64,000 nt of DNA from Schizosaccharomyces osmophilus (GCF_027921745.1 NC_079239.1:434001-498000), one strand, 5' to 3'. Counted from the first letter of the stretch, positions 37,158-48,897 are shown. Numbers and translations are program-made. The notes: generated by a model from the sequence alone, not told the origin.

Positions 37158-38570
37158 CTAAGGTTCAAGTAAGCCCAAGGCACTTTTCAAGTGAAAGATG
37201 GCGGTTGCAGTGTCGTCGTAGTCCAAGGCACTGTAAGCATATCGCGCATGGCCTCGTGCCGCCTCTATGCTGTCGAGATGATTAATGTCGTTCAAATCGT
37301 TTCGAGCCACGGATGTTCCAGAGCTCATTGCCGGAAGGGTGGAGGATCCGATGGAGGATTGAGATGGCATTTGGCTGACCGGGAAACTAGGAGAAGAGGA
37401 AACCGCCGTGGTTGAATCATCAAGACTCTCTGAGCGTTGGTCCGTCAATGATGCATGTTCGCTTGGCAATCTCGCATGACCAGGCGATGGCACATGCAGG
37501 CTGCCTCTAGAAACTCCTCCTCTTTCCACCTCTTGTTGTCGATCAACTTCCCTTGGAGTCAATCTCGACAACGAGTCTTGCAACTCATCAAGGTCAAACG
37601 ATTTTCCTGCATTTGCTTGAGTGTTCTTTCGAGGTTCGTTTTCCAACGCTTTTTGCTCCAAAGGGGCAATCGAAGACGGTCGACCGGTCATCGTGGTAGA
37701 TAGTCCTAGCGACTCAAAATCAACCTCGGGTGATTTCACTGATTCTCTTGTCAGCATCTCTCTGTCTATTTGGGTCGATGCAGGTGTTTTCTCCGATGCT
37801 GATGCTGATGCTGGTGCTGGTGCTGGTGCTGGTGCATCCTTTTTCCCATCCGCTGACCCCTCCCTCGTAGACGACTTTCTCTTTGAACTCTCCACTGCGC
37901 GAAGCTTACAAAACTTGAGATATTTCCGAGTCTACCTTGTCAGCCATCTGTTTCCTTTTCCATCTGCCCTCCTCCAAAACCATTTCTTACCTGTTCGTCC
38001 AGAGGTCCCCAGACCTTCAAAAGATCAAAAAAGTCTTTGGCTGCCAGATACGCCAACATATCGGGCGTGTTTTGTTTGCTTTTTTCCTCCGCCTGTAATA
38101 ACACCTCCATAGCAAACGAATTTACATACACCTTTGCGCTTTCTTCGTCATGAACGTTTTCGTTTTCATTCAACTCTTTTCGTAGCTAATCACCGTGTAA
38201 GCTTTCCCACTTCCACGTTTCTCACCGTACCTCTTCTAAACGTTCTACTAAATTCAATAAAAAGTCCCGACAAGTGTTGGTTAACCCCGTCGAACTCGAC
38301 AAGCCCACTTGTGCTGCCCAATACAAACCTATACAATTAGCTCTCCATTCTCTCGTTTCCCGTATCTGTAAGAAGGATTTCTCCATCGACTCGTCTCTTC
38401 TCCCCAAAAAAAGAACCTCAAATGGATTCCTTTCCCTTCCACAAATTCATTATCCACTTACACCAATACGCAATGACAGGGTTGTACTTGCTTAGCTCGT
38501 TGTACCTTTGAACAAAGTTTCGAATCGATGAAAATTCTTTCGGTACCGTTTCCAACTCAATCGTACTCAT
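37158..38570 (-). CDS. vta1: Vps4 activator Vta1 (MIT + VSL domains), 4 exons
   Basis: N-terminal NPVIAYWCLYWAAQ across intron 38329-38461; C-terminal VSL motif AARGHARYAYSALDYDDTATAIFHLKSALGLL; PA/AS hexamer repeat in the linker. Confidence 0.9.
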
Positions 38571-39029
38571 TCTTTTGACAATACCAAATTATGGAATTTC
38601 ACGTACGTTTAGTATCCGAAGTTCGTAAAAAATTGTTTCAAAGCTTTTATTTCTTCAAATAAAAACTCTATGCTTGCTTCACTAAACCGTGATGATCTAT
38701 TCTTGTTATATTGCAATCGATGTTACGTTTTCGTACTAGTAGGAGCATATCCTCTTAAACCACTACACCATACCCCTTCGTTTACAGAATACAAATTCTT
38801 CTTCAAAATAAGCGGGTTCTATACTTTCTTTTATTTATTTCTATCAATTTTATAGTCCTCATTTCGTACAGGACCTTGGACTAGACATTTTTACCTTTCT
38901 TGGGCTTTTCACGTTTTTCTGTCTTTTCCTCGGCATCGTTCATCCATTTGATTCATTTCTTCTCTTCTAAGCTCTTTCAATTCTTACATTTACTTTTTGC
39001 TCTCCTTTTACCCGAACTCTATATCCGGC

Positions 39030-40121
39030 ATGCATATCAAAATCTCTACTTGGCTTCTCTTCTTCTTCTTTTTCTTTTCTCTTTCTTTTGCCGCTTCCTC
39101 TATCTTCGGCCCAAATACCGTAGAATTGGGCACCAAAACACTTTCCAAATTTGTTCACCAACGTGGTCCAACATTTGTTGTTTTCTACGCTCCTTGGTGT
39201 GGATACTGTAAAAAACTAGGTCCTGTTTTTTCCAAGCTCTCCAACAAATTGTATAATCTTGTTCCTTTTGCTGCCGTAAACTGTGATCTTGAAAGCAATA
39301 GGCAAATTTGCGCACGATATGAGGTCCAAGGATTTCCGTCCATCAAATTTCTTTTCCCTTCTCCACTACAACCTTCTACAGTCTTCAGCGCAAACTACGA
39401 AGGAGACCGTAGTTATGCCAACATGTACAAATTCGTTTCTCAAAACTACCCTGTTACCATTACCCCAATCAGAAATGATCCACAAATGAGAAAGTATCTG
39501 AATTCACGAAACAATGTTACAAAGGTGATCTTACTTACGGAGAAGTCAAAAGCTACAATTACATACAAAACCTTGGCAAATCACTTTTCCAAACTTCCGT
39601 TTAGTATTTGTTCACCGGACAAAGTTTCATTAGATTCTATTGGTATTGATCCAAAGGAAATCTCCGAGTTTCCTACCCTTTTATTGCAACATCCTGGTCA
39701 GAAATATCCAATAATTTATCGTGGTTCGATGGAACGTGATGCTATTAAAGTATTTGTTGAGCAGCAGTTAAAGGAATTTAGTTTCAGTGAATACCTTGAA
39801 TCTTTCTGCACTCGTCAAAACTGTCTCTTACATTTTTATGAAAATGAACACGAAAAAGAGGCCTTCCCTGTTGATGATATAACCAAAAAGTATCCCAAGT
39901 TACGTTTGGTGTCGCTTCCTGCATCCTCAGTATCATCCGAATTGTTCCGCAAATCTCTAGATCTTGGATATAGTGACGCTGTTCTGATTAATCTTTTAAA
40001 GTCGCATTACCTTGCAAAACCCTTTGGCACTCATGTGTTATTATGGCTCGATGATATTAAAGTTGGACAAGCAGGTAGTTTGACCTCCTTACCAAATAAT
40101 TTCATTCAAAGTATCTCTTGA
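39030..40121 (+). CDS. mpd1: ER thioredoxin/PDI-family protein (Mpd1-like) with signal peptide
   Basis: Hydrophobic signal peptide, VFYAPWCGYCK, AAVNCD and EVQGFPSIK. Confidence 0.85.
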   Translation: MHIKISTWLLFFFFFFSLSFAASSIFGPNTVELGTKTLSKFVHQRGPTFVVFYAPWCGYCKKLGPVFSKLSNKLYNLVPFAAVNCDLESNRQICARYEVQGFPSIKFLFPSPLQPSTVFSANYEGDRSYANMYKFVSQNYPVTITPIRNDPQMRKYLNSRNNVTKVILLTEKSKATITYKTLANHFSKLPFSICSPDKVSLDSIGIDPKEISEFPTLLLQHPGQKYPIIYRGSMERDAIKVFVEQQLKEFSFSEYLESFCTRQNCLLHFYENEHEKEAFPVDDITKKYPKLRLVSLPASSVSSELFRKSLDLGYSDAVLINLLKSHYLAKPFGTHVLLWLDDIKVGQAGSLTSLPNNFIQSIS

Positions 40122-40394
40122 TTCATCCTTAAAAGTTAAAGAATGGTTGAAGCATGTTTAAAAAGAATTAAAGATAAGAAAAGAAAAAGAAAATTGGATG
40201 GTTAAGCATATACGCATTGAAGAGGATAATGATATCTTTACATAGAATAAACATAAAAAAGTAGTTTTATTGTCATATTACGTCTTAGAGAGTAAGAAAT
40301 AAATAGTAAGAGATTATCAGAGGACTCATGAATTGCTACTAGGTAACAAAATCGTGCTGAAAGCATCTTTCAATGTAATCATATGCCAAAGATT

Positions 40395-43134
40395 TTAACT
40401 ACTCTTCGTAGAAATTAAAATATCCTCTTTATTTGTCTGCAAGCGCAAATCCTCTGGCAGATCAGAGCGTAGGCGCAAAACTTCATGAATATTCATATCA
40501 GTGAAACCGGCTTTTCGCTTGTCCTGCATTACCGCTGGTAAAACATCAGTCCTGACTTGTTAGCATCATCCGGGAAAGCATAACTTACTTGACCATTAAT
40601 AGGCTTAGCAATTGCTGTAAGGTTCTAAATTTATTGTTGACGATGTCGATACCCCAACTCTGTAAAACTGAATGAAAGAAATTTAAGTCACTAAATGTGT
40701 TAGAACCATAAAAAATAAATTTTTGATAATATGACTTACTCTTGTAGTAGCAACGCACCAGTTGGAGTGACTTTAGAGCGAAATGCATATCCTACTAATA
40801 CTGCCGCAAGATTAAGCGCAGCTTTCTTCTTCAAAGCAAACAGCGATGGATCCTTTTGGTCGAGTTTTTGAATAGACGACAGCAGTTGATCAAGATAGGT
40901 TTGTACCATCTTAGTCATTGACTGTCGTTGCTTTGGTGATATATCGATCTGTTCCTCTGACATAGCGTAAGAGATATTTTTATATGGGGCTAGAAGGAGA
41001 TCTAATCGGGAACTCAACACCTTTACAGAAGCATAGAACAAGCTGTTGACGCGATGTTCAAGATTTGTAATAGCTAAGCTCAAAGTATTGATCGTTTCTT
41101 TCCTCGAAGACGCGGTAAAACCTACAGAGGGTATAATTATAGAAGTAATATATGCGGAATAAAAACCCATTATCTTTTTGCATTCACGGATATCAATTAA
41201 AAAGCTCAAATCCAAGTCAGAGCGTTTGTCATATTGCTGGATATAGTTATAAACCGACAATAATGCTTCATTTATGTATCGATTGTTAACTAATTCGTCT
41301 AGTAATTTCACTAGAGAAAATAGGATTGTACTTATATCTTGCTGGGACATCATAAGGGAGGCTCGATTCAAAGCCTCGGCATGCCAGCCAATAAAAGAAT
41401 ATGTATTTTTTGAATTCAAATGACCTTCGTTTTCAGGTATAGATAATGTACTTTCAGAGACGACTGCGCCCGACTTGATCAAATTCTCGTCAATACCTGC
41501 TATTCTCAATAAATAACCTTCCGTTTTTGTACTAAAGCGGGTTTGTGAATCTGTTGACGGAGCTTTTGATTGCTGAATAGGGTTCATAAGTGATCTTAAA
41601 AGACCAGGCTTGGCTCGTTGCTTGAATGGATTCGCAACCAAAAACTTGTAAACATTCAACCAGAACATTGAGGTTAAAGATTGCCTCTCGCGGTTGAGGT
41701 ATTCATTTGGTTCTACATACGGAACGAGTAAATCTTCCAAATATTGATTTAATGCAAGGATCAAAGGGGAGTTATCAGAGACATTGAACCCGCGACGAGC
41801 CAGGATTTCTTTCAATTGAATCAATAACTCTTTTAAAGAAGAAACAACGGTCTGCAAGGATCTTAAATATGCCAAGTTTGTCTTGGAATGGGCAATTTCC
41901 ATAACCTCTTCTATACGATTTTGGATGGATTGCCCGAAAATTCTTTGACAGAGTGTTTGTAAAACAAGCTCTGGTTTTGGAAAAACACGTTTAATGACAG
42001 CACAGTCTCTGTCAACGACAGAGCATATTTCGTTAAAAAGGGAAGAAAGGCTATTAATAGAAGTCGGCACAGATTGGAAAGGGTCCTGAAGAGCGTTCCA
42101 AATACCATCTTCTTCCAATCCTTTTCTTGATTCAAGCTTATCCGCGGCTATGAAAAACTCATGTTGATTAACAAACTCGCGAATAACGGACGCCCCTCCG
42201 TTGAACTCTTGCAAAATTGTTCCGAAAGAAGCCATTCCTTTCCAGTTAGGCTTTCTATACTCATTGTTGAAAAATTTAAGAAAACTCGTTTCTAAGAATT
42301 CGGAAAATTTTTCGATGCGATTTAGTGTTTCAGAAGCTCCGGGCAAATCTACTTCATTTGCAAAGCCTAACAGTTGTCTGGTTCTTTGAGCGCATAAAAG
42401 CATTTTATCATGATTATTTGTACGAAAGAGATCCGAAAGAGATTGAGAGTTTCCCGAACGAAATTCCAAATAGTATTGAATCAAGTCGGCAGATGCCAAT
42501 ATCCTCTTCCGGTGATTCTCAGCAAGCTCTAATTCCTTCCCGACGTCTACAAGACCGCCTTTCATGTCTTCTACATTGTCGTTTAAGTGCCTTGAAAGGT
42601 CTAACACTTGAGAAAACTTGTCTCGTAGATGCTTGGATTTCTTTTGGTAGTCATGCTGAATATACTTAGATTCAGAGTCGTGTTTCTTTATTTTTTCTTT
42701 GAAGTTTGATCGTAAATTCGTCAATGCGGAGTTTCCTCTTTCAAATAACAAAATCGAATTTTCTAAGGTGAACACTGTTCCAAATTGTTAGTATAACTGG
42801 CAGTAGTAAGGAACCACAATTCAATGAGCTAAGGTTAAAGCAAATAAACTTCTTATAAGACATTAAATTCATTCGGCTCATAAACATGGAGTCAACACGA
42901 TCTTTGACTTATGATCAAACAAGCTTAAACTGAATTAAACAAACATACATTCATTAGGAGCGCTTTCTGAAAGAGTGTAGAGTGGCTTGGAGCACTGCTC
43001 AATAAAGTCAGTAGCAGACAAATCCGTCTAAAGTAAGATTCATTAGTCAACTGGGTAGAAAGGATGCTTCATACATTATCAGCGACACAGTTTAGCAATA
43101 CATCATCAAAAGTCATTTCATTATTAACAGACAT
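40395..43134 (-). CDS. sec10: Exocyst subunit Sec10, about 5 exons
   Basis: Long helical ORF with [25 protein letters not shown] and VTPTGALLL; splice signals give start MSVNNEM and end LRLRSD..SS*. The 5' exons are less certain. Confidence 0.88.
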
Positions 43135-43684
43135 GTCTACTCAAAAGACAATGTAGTTCGACTAGTGAATACTAGTAGGAAAGAACTTTCTCTCTTTTGA
43201 GAGCGAGCAAGTGGTGAGAAGTGAAAGCGAGGATAAACTGTAGATTGAGAAGCCCTATGGAGTGTGGTGGTTTACATACTATTTTCTTCATTTTCTCTCA
43301 ATTCTTGATTTCATTAAATTTCATTTTTGATTAAATTTTGCAGTTTCTTTGGAGAAATAAGCTACTTTGCCAAATTTACGCTTGGACGACAATTGAACTG
43401 CGTACGTATTCAAATGACAGTAATATATTTCTTTTTCTTATTGAAACCCGTACACTTTTTTTTGTTTTGTCTACAGATCTTGCTTTCCATGAATCTTAAA
43501 TTAAAGGATGGAAAATGCTTGGCAAAATTGCTAAGATATATATGAATCTATAATGTTTTTTCTTGTTTAGTGTTTTTCAATATAATATCAAAAGGGTTCG
43601 TTTGTCAAGAAGGAAGCAAAAATGAGTGTGTGGAGTTTATATTCATGAGAAAATGAGAAGAGTCGAAATCAAAAAGGTTAAGAG

Positions 43685-44386
43685 TTAGTCTGAATCATAT
43701 TCTTCAGAGGAGTTTGTATATTCTGCTTCATCACCGGAATCACTCAAAACGGACTTCGTTGTGACATGATGGCGTTTTGTTTTGCGTGCAACCTTTGGAG
43801 GAACCATGGATTGCTTTTCATTGGGTTTTTTGCTTACAGCTGTGTTACCCTTTACTTCATTTCCTATCTTTCTGCTTTCTCGCTCGTCTTTCACATCTAC
43901 ATGGCCCTCTTGTACAGCCCGAATAATTTTGTCGATGCATTCATCTGGAAGAGCAGTGATTCCATCCAAGGTATTCTTCAAATCATCTTCACCAAGTCGA
44001 TTCTTTATGTTTTTTAACATGCGCGGCGTGACACAACCCCAATGCTTCCAAGCCCAACTCTGAAACCTGCCAGAGTCAACGAATGTACCGAAACGTACAA
44101 CACCTGCCGGAATTTTCGCACTATTTATTTGTTATTATCCGCTTTATGGGTAATTCAGGATCTCAAAAGTAAAACCCTTCTTGACGGTATCAGTCCCATA
44201 CCAATGATAAAACTGGATTATAAATGAACAGTCGCACAACGGGACGTAGACAACAGACAAGTTGCAATTTCATTAACCTCTTTGAGAATCTTCTCAGGAA
44301 ACTTACCGACCACATAAAGACCCTTTACACTTAGAACGGCTATTAGCGGCAATTTCAACACGGTATCCGCTTCCACCCTGTTCCAT
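43685..44386 (-). CDS. hpz2: PARP-type zinc-finger protein; intron 44121-44306
   Basis: Spliced GYRVEIAANSRSKCKGSLCGR|AKIPAGVVRFG..WKHWGCVT is a zf-PARP; symbol by synteny. Confidence 0.85.
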
Positions 44387-45732
44387 AATATTTAAAAACG
44401 AAATCCAACAATAGTACTTAAAAAAATGAAATTAAATGATTCAGGCTCAATCTGGTTTCACAATCCTCACAAATGAAATGTACAAGCTAAAATATTCTTT
44501 CTCGTTTTGGTCGATTCCAGCTCCTAAACAAATTAACCAGTTTCGAGAATTTACAAGATTGGAAAGCATACTTCTAACAAAGCCGAATATTCCTGTTCAA
44601 TCAATCAAAAGTCACAACGTTTCTTGGGCTTTTCCATTCATGATGTTCATAATTAGATAGGAATGTCCTGTGAGCTGAAGTTAGTACAGCCTCCCTCCCT
44701 GTTTTGAAAAAGCACGACGAAGGGTACACGAAAAGTTTCATGTTTATTTTTATTTTTTAATTTTTTTCAAAAAAAGAAGAAAAAAGTAGTAGAATCTTAC
44801 AAGACAACACAACCCACATTTTCAAAGATCTGTGCATTTGAAATCAAATAAAGAATCTGCCAGAGGTAACATTTCTCGTTAGTATAATAGATTCTCAAAG
44901 ACGACTTTTGTTTCCAAATAAAGCAGAGAATAAGTCAAGAACCTTTACTAAGGAGGAATATCAATGAAAGATCCAGGCTGCTTGGTGTATTTCTTCTCAA
45001 TTGTGTGTTTGCGTTACTTCATATGATAATTTCTAAGTAACGCTTCTGAAAGTCGAAGAAAATTGTTGTCTCTCCAATAAAAACTAAAAAAGCAAATATC
45101 TTAAGCATCTAAACAGTGAAAAATAAGATAACTGATTCTCTAAATAGCTGGTTTGTTCGCTGAGTCCTTTTGTGGTCTCTCGTTCATCTCGAAAGTAGCC
45201 GCCATTTCGTTCTACCAAATCTACCAAATTGAGATCTTACTCATCTAAGAACATTGTAAATATAGCATAAAGTAGACATGGTAAATTCCTATAGACTCAT
45301 ATTAATTTCTTTTATTTACATTTTGCTTGTTTCTTTCATGCATTTTCCGAATCCATCTTCCATTTTGGTATTTGATATAACGAGCTTCATCATACAACGC
45401 TGACGAAATGAGAATCAGATAATGGATTATCAGATATTTTACTTGCCTTGAACAATACACCAGAAAATTTAGCAGGAAAGAACATCATTGTGTCTGTTTT
45501 CCTATTTATTTAAAATTCTACTTTTAGCTATTTAGTTGAAAAAGTAGTCTGTGATTTGTCACAAAAAGATTTTCTAATTAATTTTTCATAAAGGCATGTA
45601 TATTATAATTGTGAAAACTATTTAAGCTGCTTTTGTTGCTATTTAAGATTTTCTCTTATTCTACCTTTTTACCTAGTATTTATTGGTTTCCTGACTTCGT
45701 TTATTTTTGGGTTTTGGTTCTGGTTTTGGGAA

Positions 45733-47496
45733 ATGTTCCGAGGATCTGTTCAGACTTCTTTTGGTGTATGTCAATCATATTTCAAAAATTATCCTGGAAA
45801 TGAAACATGTTCAATTATTACACGAAGCCTATTTACGTTTCCGGTAAGTGAAAACTATTCAATTAGGACGGGTGTAAGAGCCTGCCGCCAATATTCTAGT
45901 CGGCGGAAGTACTCTACAGCAAAACGGTTTTTGAGTCACATTTCATATCACTTGTCTCAAGGGAAAAGCCTGTCAGGCTCATCTCATTCCGCGTCCAATA
46001 TACTACCCTCTTTTTTCTCCGTAAACGAGCAATTGCAGACGTTGCTGCGGAATCCTCCCTTTCAAAATCTTCATATCAAGCTTGATGAACTAAAATATGA
46101 TGAATGTTTTTCTAATCTAACACCCAGCCCCGATAAAAAAGTTTCATTTGCTCCTTCTACCGTTAATTTTGCTTCTCCCGATCCTCTTCTTTCCGACAGT
46201 CCAACAAATCCCCATCCACCTTCTTTTGTTCAGCCTCATCCTCCATTTCACGTTTTTGCCGCCCCCATATTAGATGTTCGTTCCTTAACCAATCCTGGCG
46301 CTATAAAGCGTACATACAATATCACATTAGATATCTCAAAATACCCTTTGAAAGAAGGAAATGATTGGAAGATTGGTGGATCCTTTGGTGTTATGCCACC
46401 TAATCCCGATAATGAAATATTCCGTTTAGCTCATCTGCTGAATCTCCCTTCAAACGATTTGTATGCCCCCAAAACCCTCTATACTTCTGGTGGACGATGG
46501 CCCACTATTTGGGGAGAGGAAAAACCTCGCTCATTGACAACTTCTATTTATCATATACTAAAATGGTGTTCAGATTTTCTTTCAAGGCCGCCGTCCAAAG
46601 ATCTCTATCGCCTTTTAGCAAAATATTCAAAGAATCCGGTTGAGCATCATATTCTCCTTGGACTTTCGAATTGTTCTCAAAATATATGTTCTGAAAATGT
46701 TTCAGTTTTAGACATTCTGGAAGCATTTCCGAACTCGCGTCCATCCATAGATGAAGTTATTTCACTGCTCCCTCAGTTAATGCCAAGGTGGTACTCTATA
46801 TCCAATGACCCTGATCTCGGAAATGGAGTCTTGGAAATGGCATTCACGGTACAAGAGTTTACTGGTCCGGGTGGTCAGACACGTACCGGTGTTTGTTCTG
46901 GGTTTCTAGAGAATGTGGCTTTGGATTATCTTAAATCTGTGCAAAGTGACACCTCAAAAAATAAAAAGTTCGCGTTACCGATGTTTCGTGGTGTTCAGCA
47001 AAATCCATTTGCAAAGGAATTCCACAACGACGGACCAATGTGCCTGATAGGTGCAGGAGTTGGTATCGCTCCATTTCGTGGTTTTGTTCAAAGACGTCTT
47101 GCAAACGCAGCCTGTACAGGAAAGGTTTGGATTATCCAAGGGTGCCGTGATCAAACATTGGATGAACTCTACCACGGCGAATGGAACACCATACCTGGAC
47201 ATCACACCAATCCAAAGTGTCGTGCGAAAAAATTGGTAGTTGAATCGAGAAATGGAAAACGTGAGTATGTTCAGGACGCAGTTCGCAGACATGGAAAAGT
47301 TATTTGGGACGTCATAAATCATAAGAATGGTCGTATTTATCTTTGTGGTTCCGGAAAGGCCTTTGCCCTTGAAATTGAAAAAGCTATCATGGACGTTACC
47401 ATGAAATATGGTGGTTGTACAAAAGAGGAAGCAGCTCGTCAACTAAAGTATTGGCAAAGCCCGATAAATTACAAGTTTGTCAAAGAAGTCTGGTAA
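45733..47496 (+). CDS. FAD/NADPH-binding reductase of the CPR/methionine-synthase-reductase family, with no visible flavodoxin domain (SPAC1783.01-like)
   Basis: PRWYSIS, GVCSGFL, MCLIGAGVGIAPFRGF, GCR, YVQD, IYLCG and C-terminal EVW. Confidence 0.88.
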   Translation: MFRGSVQTSFGVCQSYFKNYPGNETCSIITRSLFTFPVSENYSIRTGVRACRQYSSRRKYSTAKRFLSHISYHLSQGKSLSGSSHSASNILPSFFSVNEQLQTLLRNPPFQNLHIKLDELKYDECFSNLTPSPDKKVSFAPSTVNFASPDPLLSDSPTNPHPPSFVQPHPPFHVFAAPILDVRSLTNPGAIKRTYNITLDISKYPLKEGNDWKIGGSFGVMPPNPDNEIFRLAHLLNLPSNDLYAPKTLYTSGGRWPTIWGEEKPRSLTTSIYHILKWCSDFLSRPPSKDLYRLLAKYSKNPVEHHILLGLSNCSQNICSENVSVLDILEAFPNSRPSIDEVISLLPQLMPRWYSISNDPDLGNGVLEMAFTVQEFTGPGGQTRTGVCSGFLENVALDYLKSVQSDTSKNKKFALPMFRGVQQNPFAKEFHNDGPMCLIGAGVGIAPFRGFVQRRLANAACTGKVWIIQGCRDQTLDELYHGEWNTIPGHHTNPKCRAKKLVVESRNGKREYVQDAVRRHGKVIWDVINHKNGRIYLCGSGKAFALEIEKAIMDVTMKYGGCTKEEAARQLKYWQSPINYKFVKEVW

Positions 47497-47714
47497 AGTA
47501 TTGGTTATTAAAAGAAACGATAAAAAATTATATGCTTGCCACTACTAACGACTTTGATGATGAATGCATGTTTTTATTTATTCCATATATTCATGAATAA
47601 TAGTTCCTATAAAATAAGTAACTGAGTAAGTAACTAAGTAGAATTAAATGATTCAGTTCTGTAGTGATAATATACTAATGGCATGACACGTAGAAAAAGA
47701 GACCATAGTATTCG

Positions 47715-48897
47715 TTAATCATATTTCGTAGATTTGGCCTCCAGATAAATTTGCTTTTCAACCAAATCGAGATTTGTAGCTCGTGTGCGACCTAGTTTAC
47801 AGAGTTTGTCTAAGACATCGTCGGTTACATTGTTACAGTTTTTTGGTATTTCAGGCTCCGCTGACATTCGAGCACGAGTTTCAAAAGAAGTGGTCAGTAA
47901 AATGGAACTGATAAATGTCAACACGGATGGAATTGAAAGGGTAATCGCCGCAGGTAGATAACGAATATATAAACAGAATATGCGATCAGTACTTCCAGCA
48001 GATTCAAGGCATTTGGTTAATTTACATAATCCTCTACCATTAGTGGTGGAACCCTAAGCAAGTAAACAGTTAACATCATTCCATCAAAAAACTATGAACA
48101 AAAGTAAAGTAACATACCTCTGGGAATAGTATGACGACCTTGCCATTCTTGGTGGCATCTTTGCAAATTTCAGAGAGTGGTCGAAGATCCCTCTTTGGGG
48201 GAGAAAGCATTAAGTTTAGTCTAGAAAAGCACGAAAAGAAAGCAGTAATGGAAGAAACTGGAAGAACATTTGATGACTTACAATTCGCTTGGACGAATAC
48301 ACAATCAAATAACGACGAAACACTTAAGATATCTACAGGGCTTGTATGGTTGACAGCAACAATATCTCCGGCCTGTAAACTATCCCCTTGAACAAATGTT
48401 CTAGTAAATTAGCTTTTTGCATTAAGACTCTGTTGACATACCCAACTAGCGTATAGGAAAGTCGGAAACAACCCAAAGAGAACAATAATATTCGTGAAAA
48501 CGAACGTTCAAGAAATCCAGAAATAGATGGTTGAAAACTGAGTAGATTTTTTAGGAACGCAGACCATATTACTAAGTAAAGCAGGCCGAAAATGATACAT
48601 AAAGGGATGCGAATTAAAGCTAGCAGTAAGATTACCAGCCATTTTAAACTAGTAATCGAAGGTTTCTCTGCATAAATTGGATGGAACGGAGCAATGCCTG
48701 TGCCAGCGTCTAAAGAAAGTGATCAATTAGTTTCGGAAAATGAAGATATGCAAGTCTTCAGTTTCAGCAAGGTCCTTTCGAGAAAAGAAAACTTTATGAA
48801 GTTAAGATTTATGAATCAAAAGGTACAATGATAGACCTAGTTTGAATGATAAAGCCCGCATTCGGTTCTTACCTCTCCAACGGGTGAATTTCTCCAT
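47715..48897 (-). CDS. vps66: Lysophosphatidic acid acyltransferase Vps66/Loa1, multi-exon
   Basis: Spliced start MEKFTRWR|DAGTGIAPF (intron about 48710-48872); NHTSPVD catalytic motif; ILFPE|GSTTNGRG. Confidence 0.88.
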
